Positions 25,850 to 38,484 of a stretch of 64,000 bases of DNA are shown here, in pieces (position 1 is the first letter of the stretch; each line of letters opens with the position of its first letter). The notes under the pieces are model-generated. The model was not told where the DNA came from. It was given only the letters and a program-made list of their open reading frames with translations, and did no database searches. The translations under genes and the position numbers were made by a program. The DNA is taken from NCBI GenBank assembly GCA_028534125.1, contig CM052817.1:15502001-15566000 (forward strand). Direction: 5' to 3'. The DNA comes from Lama glama. Taxonomy: Eukaryota.

Positions 25850-27065
25850 AATGAATATAACCCATTGTGCCCATTTCTTGTGAAAAGGAAATAGAGTTTC
25901 TTGGAGAAATGCCTAATTCCAGGGGTGGAGCAAAGAGAATACAAGATAAACTTGAATATCCTGGTGTGCCTGAAAATAAAAAGCGCTCAAAAATGGACAT
26001 GTAAACATTCAAACAAGCCAGATTGAAGTGGTTCCCAGAAGGCAAATTTGAAACAATTTGAGCATCAACATAAATGATGATGTTAATGTGTTGAGGAAAA
26101 TAAGAATACACAAGCCCATACTGATAACAAATAAATAAAACAACATTTGGGGAGAGGGTAAAACAGAATGACAGCTAATATACGTAGGCAAACAATGAAA
26201 CAGCAAAATCACCATTGTGCGGTCACCATAATAGTAATGGAATCACGCAGAACTCAATGAGATCCTAACACTAGGGTGTGAAAATTTCATGAGAAGTATA
26301 ACATTTACAAGGTCTTAATGTGTCTCCCCACAAATTATTTGTTAATTACAGGGAAAGTAGTAACTACGTGGGGAAACATGACTGTCATCACTTTAACCAA
26401 GAAGTCAAAGTTACCCAAAATGGGACAAATCAATTGACCTTCCATGCCTCCCAAGCCGATCCTCTGTCACATAATTTTACCTGTGGCATTCCTGCCAAAA
26501 CATGCATGCCTTAAGTCTAATCATTAGAAACCATGAGACACACCATATGGAGGAAGAGTCTACAACGTAACTGGTCTGTGCTCTTCAAAAGCATTGATGG
26601 GATGAAAGACAAAGAAAGGAGAAACAGTTCCAGTTGAAAGGAGACCAAAGAAACATGACAAGTCAATTAAATAGATGAGCTTGCACTGAATCCTGATTCA
26701 GGAAAAAAAAAACAAAAAAGAAATTCTATGGAGAACCAACTCGATAAATTTGAATATTAGCTGTAAACAAGAGTATTTATTAATGTTTAATTTCCTGGCT
26801 TTCATAACTTCACGATGATTACATAGAAAAATGCTTTTGTTCCTAGGAAATCTAAACTAAAGCTTTCAGCAGAGGCTTGATGAGTGGCATTTGCTCTCAG
26901 GTGGTTTGAAAAGAAAAAAAAAAGAATGCTTATACATAAAGAGAAAGAAAATGATTTAAAACAAATGTAGATAAATGCTAATAATTTGTGAATCAGGGAG
27001 CAGGGTGAGGTTCTCAATGCTAATTTTGACACTTTTCGAAAAGTATAAAATTATTTCAAAGTAAA
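25850..27065 (+). mobile_element. L1MC4/5-type 3' region
   Basis: aaatagagtttcttggagaaatgcctaattccaggggtggagca...ccccacaaattatttgttaattacagggaaa...aaattatttcaaagtaaaaa. Confidence 0.8.
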
Positions 27066-27089
27066 AATGAGAAAATAATGAAATTTACC

Positions 27090-27280
27090 ACCCAATTAGT
27101 ATTTAATGAGCACCTCCTAGACATCAGGCCTGGGCGAGGTCCTGGAAATCCAGAACTAGAAGATAAATTCCTGCTTTCAAGTGGTTCCCAGTTTACAGCA
27201 GGAGGCAGAGAAACCAGCACCCACTGGAACCAGGGCAAGGTTGTGAAGAGGAATCAAGCGGGCTTATAACCAGCCCTTCA
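27090..27280 (-). mobile_element. L2 3' end
   Basis: tatttaatgagcacctcctagacatcaggcctgggcgaggtcctgg...ttcctgctttcaagtggttcccagttta. Confidence 0.65.
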
Positions 27281-27536
27281 GCTGGAAAGGGAGGGCAGCA
27301 AGGTAGGTCGGTCCCTTTTACTTATCCCTTAAGACTTTCAAAAGCTTCCTATTTCTTACCAGCAAAACAAAACCAAACTTCAACTGTTTTAGCACAATAG
27401 GTTTTCTCTACTTGGCCAAACTCAGTTGAATCTTACTGGCTGCCAGGATGTTGCTTTAGGGAACATTCTGGAGTGATGAGAGGCACTGAAGTGCAGGAAC
27501 AGCGCCTGGCACATCGCCGTGGGTTTGGGATCCCCG

Positions 27537-27988
27537 TGTATCATTCGTTTGCCAGGGCTGCCTTAACAAAGCACCACAAACAGTGTGGCACAAGAAGCAG
27601 AAACCGACGGCCTCACTGCTCCGGAGGCTGGTTGTCTGAAATCACCGTGTGGGTGGGGCTGGTTCCGTCTGAGAGCTGAGAAGCCGTCCCATGCAGGTCC
27701 CCTGACTCCTGGTGGTTTGCTGGCTGGCTGGCGTTGCTCGGCTTGTAGATCAAAGACCACACTGATCTCTGACTTGATATTCACATGGCATTCTCCCTGT
27801 CTGTGTCTGTCTCTGGGTCCAAATTTCCCTTTTTATATGGATGCATTTTGAATGAGGGCCCACCCTAATGACCTCATCTCCACTTGATCATCTGCACAGA
27901 CACTATCTCCAAATAAGGTCACATTCACAGGTGCACGGGGGGCTAGGATTTTAACATCTTTTGAAGGGACATAAATTAACTCATAACA
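27537..27988 (-). mobile_element. MLT1C-like MaLR solo LTR
   Basis: TG...CA termini; agggctgccttaacaaagcaccacaaac; ctggtggtttgctggc; agggcccaccctaatgacctcatc; ccaaataaggtcacattcacagg. Confidence 0.9.
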
Positions 27989-28199
27989 CTGCCTCACCAT
28001 GACATTTACGGGTCTCAAAGAATTTCTCCCAAACTGTCTCTTCAATCTTATTTCATATTCCTTCCTATAAAAAACTCTACTTCAGATAAGTTGCTATAAA
28101 CGCCCTTGGAATACTTTGCCTCCACCCCCCCCCACCAAATCTGGTCACAGCTGACACATTCTTCTTCCATCCGTAGTTTGACTGTTACCCTTGGAGATA

Positions 28200-28400
28200 C
28201 TCCTAACACGTAGCTTGGTTCTCTTTGCAGACTTTATATTTTGGTCCTATTTATGTGTTTACTTGTTTATAGTTTGTCTCTTGCCACTAGGTTGTATGCT
28301 CCAGAGAGGCGCGCCTTCTGCCTGTCAGGGTGACTGCCAGAGCCTCCCCTCCAAGCCCAGTGTCTGGCACGTAGTAGATGTTGAGTATATCTACAAGGGC
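28200..28400 (+). mobile_element. L2 3' end
   Basis: ttgtctcttgccactaggttgtatgctccagagaggc...cccagtgtctggcacgtagtagatg. Confidence 0.7.
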
Positions 28401-31189
28401 AACGAGCCATTTCAGTCTCTGTTACATATTTTCCTCTTATTTTAACCAGCCCTGCTTCACTGACCTAAAGTAAGCATTCTAGGTTTTAAGTAAGTGTATA
28501 CATTGGAGCAAACTAAATGACAGTAACACGAGATTCATCAGAACAAACAAAATATCCAATGCTAAGCTATCACTTGAAAGCAAACCAAATGAGTGTCTTT
28601 CCGTGACTACAAACAACAGAGAAAAGAAAAAAACTGAGCCGGAAGTAAAGTAGAAACGTGAAGATAATAAAACACAGAAAAATAACAAGAACAACAAAAA
28701 CTCTACCGTGGAAAAATATTTAAAAGCACATGACAGCTTATGAACCTACCTGGCAGTATACTCATCTTGCCAACACTGGAAAAACCAGACAGAAAACATT
28801 TAATTTTGGAAGAATTTGTTGTTGTTGTCCAACCTGCTTTTGTACAAACTGCTTTTGTTCCAAGTAGATTCAGGCTCAGTGCTTTTGTATTTGTGTGTGT
28901 GGTTTGGTGTTTTTTGTATTTTTGTATTTTTTTTTTTTTGCTAATTACCAAGAGCGTACAAAAGCCACTCCTTAATTATTAAATGATAGTAATTGTTACT
29001 ATTATGATTACAGGTCTTCCCAATATAGGTGCATGGAAGGTGGGAAAGAGACACCATTCTAAACATGAGAAAATGAATGCTTAATGGTCTTATGTGCCTT
29101 ATCCAAGGTTAGGCAGGGCTGGAATGAGATTCCAAAGGGCGCCTTCCTTCCCTGGCTCACACTGTCTCTTTTGATGTTGTTTAGTCACAGTCTGGAGCCA
29201 AACTCTTTGGGGACAGAGTGCCTAGGGTCCCGTTTCACCTGCCTTTCTCAGACTCCCACAGCCAAGCTGTACAGTTAACCAGTGTGACTCAGCTGCCTGC
29301 TGGACTGCCAGTTGATAAAGTCACATGGCCAATCCCTCACAGGCAAGGGATGTCACCATTCCCGGGTTAGTCACCTGTGTGCAGCATGGCAAGAGGACCC
29401 CAAAGGTAAAACTGCAGTCACACTGACATAATTACTCACCTGTTCTGACAGCAAAAGACAGTGGGACATCAAAAACCAGAACTGACGTGACACAGAAAAG
29501 CAAGCACTGGTGGAAAGTGCATCGTATGAGGGCAACAGGGAGAAGAATGTCTTGAGTTTGATTTTCAAGCAGTGAATTCATCGAAAGTGGCCATATGAGT
29601 AGTCAGATAGCGTTGGGATATATTTTAGGGACAGTATGTTTGTGTCAAGTGCAGAAGGTGGACTCTCTCAAAGTTCACGGATGACAAACTTGAGAATATG
29701 CTAGGCTACCTTCTAGGGAAGATAGGGCAATGCACATGCCTTCAACCAAACAAGACATCCATGGTCAAGTATAAGCTACATGTGCAACAACATTTCTATT
29801 ATCTTTTCCCTGCCATCCATTTGCATCTGTCTCCTTGCCTTCTTGGTGGCCTTTTGCATTATGGTGAGCAATGCATCACTTACACCCTTGAAATGGAAAT
29901 ATATACTTTTTTAATATGCAAGTCTAATGGTTCCACTTGACAAAAGAAATCCCAGTGATCTATATTGTCTCTTAAATTGATCCAGCATATTGTGGTATTT
30001 GGGTCGAGTTACTCGCTAATAATTTCTTAACAGAAAATGGAAAGACAATAGCATTAGTAAATCAAACCAAAGGTGTGATTAAATGCCGCGTGAATATCAG
30101 GCATTCGTTTCAGTTCCACCGGCCTGACTCCATCGCAACCCAGCCAGGAGAGGAGGTCGTGTCATCTGCATGCTACAGCAAGGTGCATTATACAAATCAC
30201 CCTAAGTTATTGATCGCTGCAAGGGAACTGGTTGCTAGAATATAGCGTTCATATATCAAAGGCAAACCTCCAGTGAGGACACACTTTGATTTCTCATTTA
30301 AGAGGATACACTTTGTTGCCTTACAATACTTGCCCTTCTCCAAATCCAGTCATACCAGCTTCCCTTCAGATTTTTTGAGGTTGAGCATCATGGCAAACTG
30401 GCAATAACCTCTTGCTTGAAAACCTTTAAGGTGTCTGCATCTTTCTCAGCACTACAGATATTTCTCTCTAACCCACTTTGCCAGGGCTCTGGGTTTTTCA
30501 GCTGGTCTTGATTCTAATCTACAGTTTGAAATCACGCTAGATCTAGTCTCTTCTCATCTGTGCCTACCAGCTCAGCTTCAACAATCATTCTACTTCTGTT
30601 CACTTTTGACTTTTGACCACTTGGATCAGGGATGTATCTAGATTCCACGGTGGAACCTAAGTGGTGCTGTGCTCTATGGAATACTTTTCCATTAGTGATG
30701 CATCCATACATGATGTATCCGAAATCTCCGGAATGACATGAGAAATCCAGCCGCTGGTCTCAAAGGTTGAGAACGCATTGCATTATTTTATTCTGTGGCC
30801 GAGTGCCCTCCAAATCTTCGTGGGTTCCCCGTTTCAGAGTCTCATACAGAAAGCCCAAATTTAGGGGGGAAGTCACTTACCTAGTGGGGCAAAATATATT
30901 TACTTATTTATTTATTCACCATACAAATTGTTGAGTATGAAAAATGTGCAGACATGTTTTAATGAATAGCACAAAAAATTGACTTAATTATAATCCTGGG
31001 TTTATGACACATTTATGACAGTAGGAAGATAACCAGCACTCATGACCCTGTCTCCCAATTCCTTACATCTACCAATTTGCTTCTACCTAACCCTATCCCC
31101 TGGGCTTCCACAGGGTAATGATTACCTGAAGTTTTGCGTTTCCTTGTTTTAAAAAATTTTAAGCAAAGTACTGTTTAGTTTTATTTGTG

Positions 31190-31875
31190 TTTTTTTTCTT
31201 TTAAACAATGTTGTGGAAGTATGGTCAGAATATAATGTTGTGTCAACTTCTGGTGTACAGCATAATATTTCAGTCATACATATACACACATATATTCATT
31301 TTCACATACTTTTTCATTATAGGTTACTACAAGATATTGAATATAGTTTCCTGTGCTATACAATATAAGCTTGTTGTTTATCTATTTTATATATAGTAGT
31401 TAGTATCTGCAAATCTCAAACTCCAAATTTATCCCTACCCACCCCCTTTTTCCCCTGGTAACGATAAATTTGTTTTCTATGTCTGTGAGTCTCTTTCTGT
31501 TTTGCAAATAAGTTCACTTTTTGTCTTTTTTTTTTTTTTAAGATTCCACATATGAGTGATATCATATGGTATTTTTCTCTCTCTTTCTGGCTTACTTCAA
31601 TTAGAATGATGATCTCTAAGTGCATCTATGTTGCTGCAAATGGCATTATTTAATTCTTTTTATGGCTGAGTAGTATTCCATTATATAAATATATGACAGC
31701 TTTTTTTTTAATCTGTCATCTGTTGATGGACATTTAGGTTACTTCCACGTCTTGGCTATTGTGAATAGTGCTGCTATGAATATTGGGGTGTATGTAACTT
31801 TTCAAATTACAGTTCCCTCTGGATACATGCCCAGCAGTGGAATTGCTGTATCATATGGGAAGTCTATTTTTAGAG
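31190..31875 (-). mobile_element. Young lineage-specific L1 3' end (cetartiodactyl/camelid type)
   Basis: ORF 31416-31625 (MHLEIIILIEVSQKEREKYHMISLICGI) is the L1 ORF2 C-terminus; paralogous to 24297-24870. Confidence 0.92.
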
Positions 31876-31894
31876 TTTCTATTCACAACATTTT

Positions 31895-32377
31895 TGTTAA
31901 CTGATCAGTACCTAATCTTATTTTTCTATTTAAAGATACCTTATTTAACATATATTGCTGATTCATTAATATTGACTTCACAGCCAGCAGGACTATAATT
32001 CACACGTGGATATAAGGATATATAACACATCCTTTTTCTCTATGAGTCATACCATAGAGTCCAAGAGCCTTCTTGCTCTTAGGAGCACTTGCAAGCACTT
32101 TAACACTATACATGGAGGCCATTTAAACAGGCACATTATCAAGAAAATGCACAAAAGTGATAAAAGTATGGCAAGGAACAGACTGTGAAAAGAATATTTG
32201 TTTACAGTATGAGAGCTTAAAGCAGCATATCTTATGCATTGCATGACTCAAATTTCCCACATGTGTCCATAAATGACCACAAAAGTGCCAAAAGAATTTG
32301 CTTTGGGGTAACAGGTAAAAATTTTAGCAAGTAGGGAATTTGCAACAATTGAATTAGAGAATGATGAGGATTAGCTG
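31895..32377 (-). mobile_element. Tigger-family DNA transposon (MER82-like), partial
   Basis: Ends ttttagcaagtagggaatttgcaa...gaatgatgaggattagctg followed by TA (Tc1/mariner TSD) at 32378-32379. Confidence 0.75.
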
Positions 32378-33361
32378 TAGTTATGTTTCATTTATTTGTT
32401 TTGCTGTATAATATCTCATCATGTAAATAAAAATACCCCATTTTTAAAATCACCCTTCTGTTACTGAACATTTGAGATTTTACTCAGAATTTTTTAAAAT
32501 AAATTTTAATTTTTCACTGTACATGAATTGATCCTGCCACTGACATGATTATGCAAGGGAGAAATGTTGTTTTCATGTAAATATAATGTTCTGTATTTAC
32601 ATGACAAAATGCCAAATCCTCTCTGCTATTAATCCAATCCCTTCCTAAACATGTTTAATACTTTGTAGCAGAATCAAAGACTCATCTTATGCAGAGCAAA
32701 CTGTATCACCATTTTTGAAGACAAATGTGGATTCTATGCTAAAAATATACATGTGTACTGTGATAGACCCTGAAGACACAGAGATAAAAGGATGATCATT
32801 GTTCTCTACAATTTCCAAGTCTAAAGACATGTAAACAGGTAACATAAAATCATAAACACTACCAAAGTGGTCTGAGTGCTACAAAATCCAGTTCCAGGAA
32901 TGCCAACCACTGCATCAAGCTATCAGATAAAGCTTCCAGGAGGAGATGGAGATGATGATGATATTTGAAATACAGTAATACCTACACCACGACCTTTTCA
33001 TGGCACTTCCAATGGAAAATTTGCAACTTTCCTGGACCTCATTATTACTTGTATTATTTGAAATACAGGGAGACCAGGCTTGGCCTTTACACACGATCAT
33101 TTCCCTCAATTTCATGCAGTCCTCTCTGCTGACAGTAAATAAGGGCTTTGGATGCTGTGAGCTGGTTTTAGCTGCTGTAGGTTTTGATGAAACAGAATTT
33201 ATCCTCCTCTCTATTCCTTTAATCTTTGGTTATATGTGTATTGCATTTGCGCTATTCCTGAACTTGATGGTATCAAATATTATTGGCCACTCTTGTCCAA
33301 ATACAGTCAGTTCCTCTTCACAGACACCCAAACCTTGTCAGTATAAGGCAATACTTTCAAC

Positions 33362-33526
33362 CTGTGGTTCTCAAACCAGCAGCACCAGCCCCTGTTAGAA
33401 ACATTAATTTTTTGCCCTCATCCCAGACCTACTGAATCAAAACTTTCTGAGGTAAGGTCCTGGGGTCTGTGATTAAAGAAATCCTTCAGATGATTCCATC
33501 ACATGCTGAAGTTTGAAAACCAATGC
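33362..33526. mobile_element. MER5A (hAT-Charlie MITE)
   Basis: gtggttctcaaa...cccagacctactgaatcaaaact...aagtttgaaaaccaatg. Confidence 0.85.
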
Positions 33527-33854
33527 AAAAGGAAATCTTTATTGATTAAAACCTGTCCCTACACATCAGGTTTTGTCAGGGCTGCGAATTGATCAAAGGA
33601 TGTTTTCTGGCTCTGTCTTAACTAAGGAGTTAGGGTAAGAATTAAGAGAGTAAGTGATCAGAAGACTAAGTTGTAAATCACAAGCGCTAGGGCACAAATG
33701 CATTACACGGGTTGTAATTCAGAAAGCACTTAGAGAAATGAAGAAATATGCCATTGTAGCCAAACCCAGATGTCAGTACCTGGAAGAGCACTTAAGCCTG
33801 CTTCTTTAGACTCACCCAAATGCATTTATAGATCCGTGGTATAAGTGTCTATGC

Positions 33855-34022
33855 CCATTCTATACAAAATACGGTCCACTCTCCAGCAATATTGGCTTCA
33901 TCTGGGAACTTTCAGAACTAAAGAATCTTAGCGCTCCATCTCAGACTCATTGAATGGGACCTGCTTTCAAACAAATTCTCCAGGTGATCAATTGTACATA
34001 AAGTTTTGAGAAGCAGTGGTCT
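33855..34022. mobile_element. MER5A1-like hAT MITE
   Basis: catctgggaact...ctcagactcattgaat...aacaaattctccaggtgat...aaagttttgagaagcagtgg. Confidence 0.75.
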
Positions 34023-34139
34023 AATCTCTTGTGCATAGTACATGGTATACATTGCTTCTTAATTTTGAATGGATGAAAGAATGAATAAAACTTGCCATAA
34101 ATCATTTAGCCTTTAGTCATTAGACAGAAACACACTTAA

Positions 34140-34350
34140 TACAAGTAAACACTCCTCTAGCACCTGCTATGTGCCCATCTTCATTTAAAAACGTCACATA
34201 TGTTGATTCATGTAAGCCTTATAACAACCCTATGAAGTAGGTACTGTTATTATCCAGACTTTACACAAAGGGGTTGAGTCACTTGATCAAGGACATTCAG
34301 TTAATAAAAGACAGAATTATGATCCAAATTTTACTGATTTGTCTCCTGAT
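34140..34350 (-). mobile_element. MIR SINE
   Basis: ccttataacaaccctatgaagtaggtactgttattatcc...cacttgatcaaggacattcag. Confidence 0.8.
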
Positions 34351-35049
34351 CCTGCAGTAATCCTAAGGCTCTCTCCCTGATTCTCCAAGGAGCAGAGAGT
34401 CACAATGCCCTTGATTTGATTAAAGAGTTGTGTTGGTCTTGTAGAACCTCATGACCAGACTTATGGAAAAGGGGGCCGATTATGTCCAACTAGCACCCTT
34501 TTTCCAGAGTCCTCATGATTTCTTTTAAAAGAACTTCACTAGAAAAACTCTGCTGGACTCTTAGGCCCCCTAAGTTACCTGACAGGTGAATCTGGGATAA
34601 AGAGCAAGGTTTTTCTGGCTCAGCTCCTTCTGGATTCTCTGGGCTGTCTCTGTCTGTAGGGAAACCTGATCACTTTCAGAAAAACCCAGGGAAAACACCT
34701 GCCTCTGGTTGTGAGGCCGGTGGTTCTCCAGCCCTGCTTAGGATCGAGGGTTAAGCTCTGCCATCTAAGGACACCTGCTGTTGCTGGGGATCTGAGCCAC
34801 ATCCTTCAGTCCACACCTCACCCCCATTATCAAAGATATTTTGACCTATATTTCTTCACTGAAGATAGTCGATGTCTTGATAGGTCCTGGAATCAAGCAT
34901 GCGTCTTTTCCCTCTTCAAAACCATTAAGATCCATACACCAAGGGAAGCAAGACTGCCTTTTCAGAATTTTCAGAGCAAAAATATGATCACCAGAACAGC
35001 CATAACTGAAATCTAATTCAATTGTTTCCATATAATGAGGAATTCAGGC

Positions 35050-35365
35050 TTCTGTGATGTTGGGCGAGCTCTTTCCCCTACCTGGTCCATCTGGAAAGGT
35101 CCCGCTCCTCCTTTGAGATGAGGACACCTCTCCAGAAGGCTCCTTTTGTCATGAAGCTTTCCGGGGCCTCTCCAGGCCCACTGTGTGTTCCTTCTCTGGC
35201 CCCTCAATCGCCCGTATTGATACCTGTAGTTTGCACGCCCAGAAGAGAGGCCTTGAGGACGAGGGCTACTTACTCTTCTTTGAAAACAGCTAACACGGTT
35301 ACGGCTGGGCACAAAGTAGCCATGAAATAGATACTCATTCAACGGATAAATGGATGAATGACTTG
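35050..35365 (+). mobile_element. L2 3' end
   Basis: ggccttgaggacgagggct...ggctgggcacaaag...tagatactcattcaacggataaatggatgaatga. Confidence 0.6.
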
Positions 35366-35964
35366 GACTTGCGAGGTGAACAGATTTTGAAATTAAATGT
35401 GGATTAGTGCAATCTTCGCACACAGGAAAAGAAGTATCATAGAAATCCGTGAAAGAGTAACTGCTCTGAGTTGGTTAAAAGCCCAACACCAAATTGAAAT
35501 ATAATTGTGTTATTTTAGAATAGTTACAGAAAATGTGGTGATTTATAGCCTAGAATTTTGGAACAGCATCAGACTGATAAATTTAAGGCTTTTGGCCCAA
35601 TTTACACACTCACAGGAGAGAAAATATATGGTCACAGGAACAACTCAATCTAGTCTTGCTCTGCAGCTTAGTGGATGGCTTTAGGCAACTTCCTGAGATG
35701 TCCAGGTAACCTGGCCTACAAGTTGCTCAGTGGGAAAGTGCACACTGTTCCCCTGGGGAGAAAAATGGTTCCCATAGGAATTTTGAGTAGTTTCTATGAC
35801 TCCTCCTCCTCCTGATCGGATTTGCCTTGAACTTGCACAATCAAGGGAGGAAGGGCTGGTTATGCAACTCCCTGTCTGAATTATCACAAATTTCAAGTTG
35901 GCAGGATTTGAATTAATGACGCTTTTACCCAACTGCTTTCCATTTCAGCTCCTCCAGATAAAGT

Positions 35965-36425
35965 GCACTGTGGAAAATTTGGAGGTGGACCAGAAGTCAG
36001 CAACTAAAATGATTCAAGTTTTGACTAATATTCCTTCTGAGGAAAGGCTAAAGGAATGGAGTTTATTTAGCCTAGAGGGAAAAAGGCTAAATAAGAAATT
36101 AATACTAGTTCTAGGTATATGAAGAAGTGTGTGAGTGATAAGGAACAGATTCCCTTACTTCTAATGAGTCCAGAACAGGAGGAAAGCAGCTTAAGACACG
36201 GGAAAACCGTTTGTCATCCCTAGGAGACTTCCTGGCTTTACAAGACTCATAACACTGACTCCTTAGGGATCGATCCAGTGGATGTTTTATAAAAAAAAAT
36301 GTGAACACTTATCTTCTTCCACGAGCTCGTCCATGGGCTTCTGTGAAGTCTGGTCTGGATGCAAGTGGGCTGGACTGAAATGACCACTCAACTTCCCTTC
36401 CAACCTGGTGATTCCATGTGATGAA
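35965..36425 (+). mobile_element. CR1/L3 LINE 3' end with ORF2 C-terminal relic
   Basis: ORF 35898-36122 contains VENLEVDQKSATKMIQVLTNIPSEERLKEWSLFSLEGKRL, compared with CR1 LERVQRRATKMI.GL..L.YEERLKELGLFSLEKRRL; tail cttcccttccaacctggtgattccatgtgat. Confidence 0.85.
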
Positions 36426-36959
36426 AGGTCATCGGGCTGAATTGATTAGAAAGTTAAAATTGCACTCCTGGATCAGTGAATTCATACTGCAAGAGAGAAC
36501 CTTTCCGTTCTGAGTGGCCAGTTTGAATTTCATCCTGTTGGCAAGCGACCCAGAGTTACACCACATTGCCCGCGCAGCCAGGACACACGGCACCCTCCAA
36601 AGTAACAAGCCTCGTTGGCATTGCACTGAGAGTGTTCTATCTTCCCTTTGGATTAAAAAAAAAAAGTTTCAGGGCTGCATGAACAACCACACTGCAGCAT
36701 CTTTTAGATTTATCTCAAGTGCTAAGACAGCAAAGCCTCCACAACAAAGCATCATGCCCGAGCAAGCAAGACAGTCAAGGCTTTAACCTCCAAGGATGCC
36801 AGAAGCCCGGAAATAAACATGATAGAATCAGAACAGGGATTCCTAGAGCATGAATGCTGAAGGTAAACATGAGGGGCTCGCGGTCTCTATACTGCCTTCT
36901 AAAAGACAGGACAGTTGCAAACCAGGGATCTGGAAGAGCTAGTCTAGTAAATATAACAG

Positions 36960-37655
36960 TGAAACGTCTTCTTGAGAAACTCACGTTTTCCCCTGGACCT
37001 GAAATCAAGGTGACATCCCTGACTCCTTCCTTTCTGTCCACAACTTCCTCCCAAATCCATATCCATTCCTCACCCAGCCCTCGGCTTCTTTATTCTACCC
37101 AGCTCTTGGGCATAGCCCCTTTTTGCATCCTTACTGCCACCCCGATCTATCTTCTTTTTAAGTATCAGTGGAACCCTTGAAGTAACCTCTTCACCAGTCA
37201 GCCTGCCTTTTCCACCCTTCAAACCACACTGCAAACTACAGCTGGAATTTCTAAATTGCAGATCTAATCATATCACTTACCTGCTTGGGGATCCTCAGTT
37301 GATTTCTCCTGATTTCCAAAATAAAGGTCAAACTCCATTCCAAGAAGGCACGAAAGACTTTCATAGTCTTACTGGTGTCTACTTTCTTAGCCAGACTCAT
37401 ATCCCCTGTTGAAAAGTAATTTTCGTATTCTTCAATGACTCCTGGCTTTTCAGACCTGTATGCCTTGACTCATGTTACTTCATTTGTGTTCAGTGTCTCT
37501 TGATCTCCCACCGCAACTCGCTGCTGCATACGTCACACAGGCAATTTGTGCTCATGTTTCTGTGAAGGTGCCACTTCCAACGGGAAGAAATCCTAAATCC
37601 CTCAGGGTGGTTCCAGGGCTAACATTTGTGGATTTCCACGTTCTCCTGACATAGA
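36960..37655 (+). mobile_element. L2 fragments (resuming at about 38100-38240 after an LTR insertion)
   Basis: tttctaaattgcagatctaatcatatcact...ataaaggtcaaactcc; 3' tail aataggtgctcataaataactgaatgaatga at 38210-38240. Confidence 0.7.
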
Positions 37656-37660
37656 GCTAT

Positions 37661-38094
37661 TATAGTGGTCATTTCTATTTTTTCACCTGCTCAGAATCCA
37701 TGCCCTTCTTTTCTAATTTTCTTTCCCCTGTGATGCGAATTCTTGGGTGCTTTGCCCTCCAGAGTGCCCTGCTTTCCCCTAGCCAACTGGTGAGCTGAGA
37801 TAAAACTGGGCCAATTGAGCTTACTCTCTGGGAAACTGAGATCTTGAGTGGAGAGACATAAGGATGGAGAATGGTTAGTGCTGATTAATACCAGTGCTGC
37901 CAGCCTGACAAAACCACTGATCGGTCCCTGACTTTTATCATGGACTCCCTCTGGCTCCTATTCATTTGGAAGCCTTAGTTACTCAGATGCCCTTTTAGTA
38001 CTGTGAGCAACTCTGTAGCCTTCAAATAAAATTTTAATTAAATTAACTAGAGCTGATTTCTATTGATTACAGCCAAAAAATCCTGACAGGTACA
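37661..38094 (+). mobile_element. Old ERVL-class solo LTR (LTR33/LTR16-like)
   Basis: aaactgggccaattgag; AATAAA at about 38026; terminus gagctgatttctattgattacagccaaaaaatcctgacaggtaca. Confidence 0.7.
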
Positions 38095-38279
38095 ACCCTT
38101 GTAGGGCTTTTATTTGGCTCAAGTTATGGGCTGTTTTCTCTTTAAGGGCAAGAACCAGGCACTTAACATCCTTTTATACTCATCATTTAATATAATGTCT
38201 GCCTTGTAATAGGTGCTCATAAATAACTGAATGAATGATTTACCTTGTGGAATGAACATGGGCAAGAAGCAGTGATTAA

Positions 38280-38480
38280 TACCAGCCTAGTGGAAGGAGA
38301 CTAATGTCTCCATTCTGGTTCACATTATTTGTCAATGACTGGGATAAAGATTTAGAAGGCATACAGATCACATTTGCAACTGGTATTAATTGGGAGAGCT
38401 AAAAAATATATATATATATATATATAAAATCACCAATCAAATCCCAAAAAGATATAAGCAAGCAAAAAGGATGAGATACA
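38280..38480 (+). mobile_element. CR1/L3 reverse-transcriptase core relic
   Basis: 38328-38396 translates to FVNDWDKDLEGIQITFATGINWE, compared with CR1 FINDLD..IEG.LIKFADDTKLG. Confidence 0.7.
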
Positions 38481-38484
38481 TGTT

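Noticed and set aside
33000..33398. 132-aa hydrophobic ATG ORF resembling a membrane protein
   Set aside because: Hydrophobicity follows from T-rich sequence; it ends within MER5A and shows no family motif
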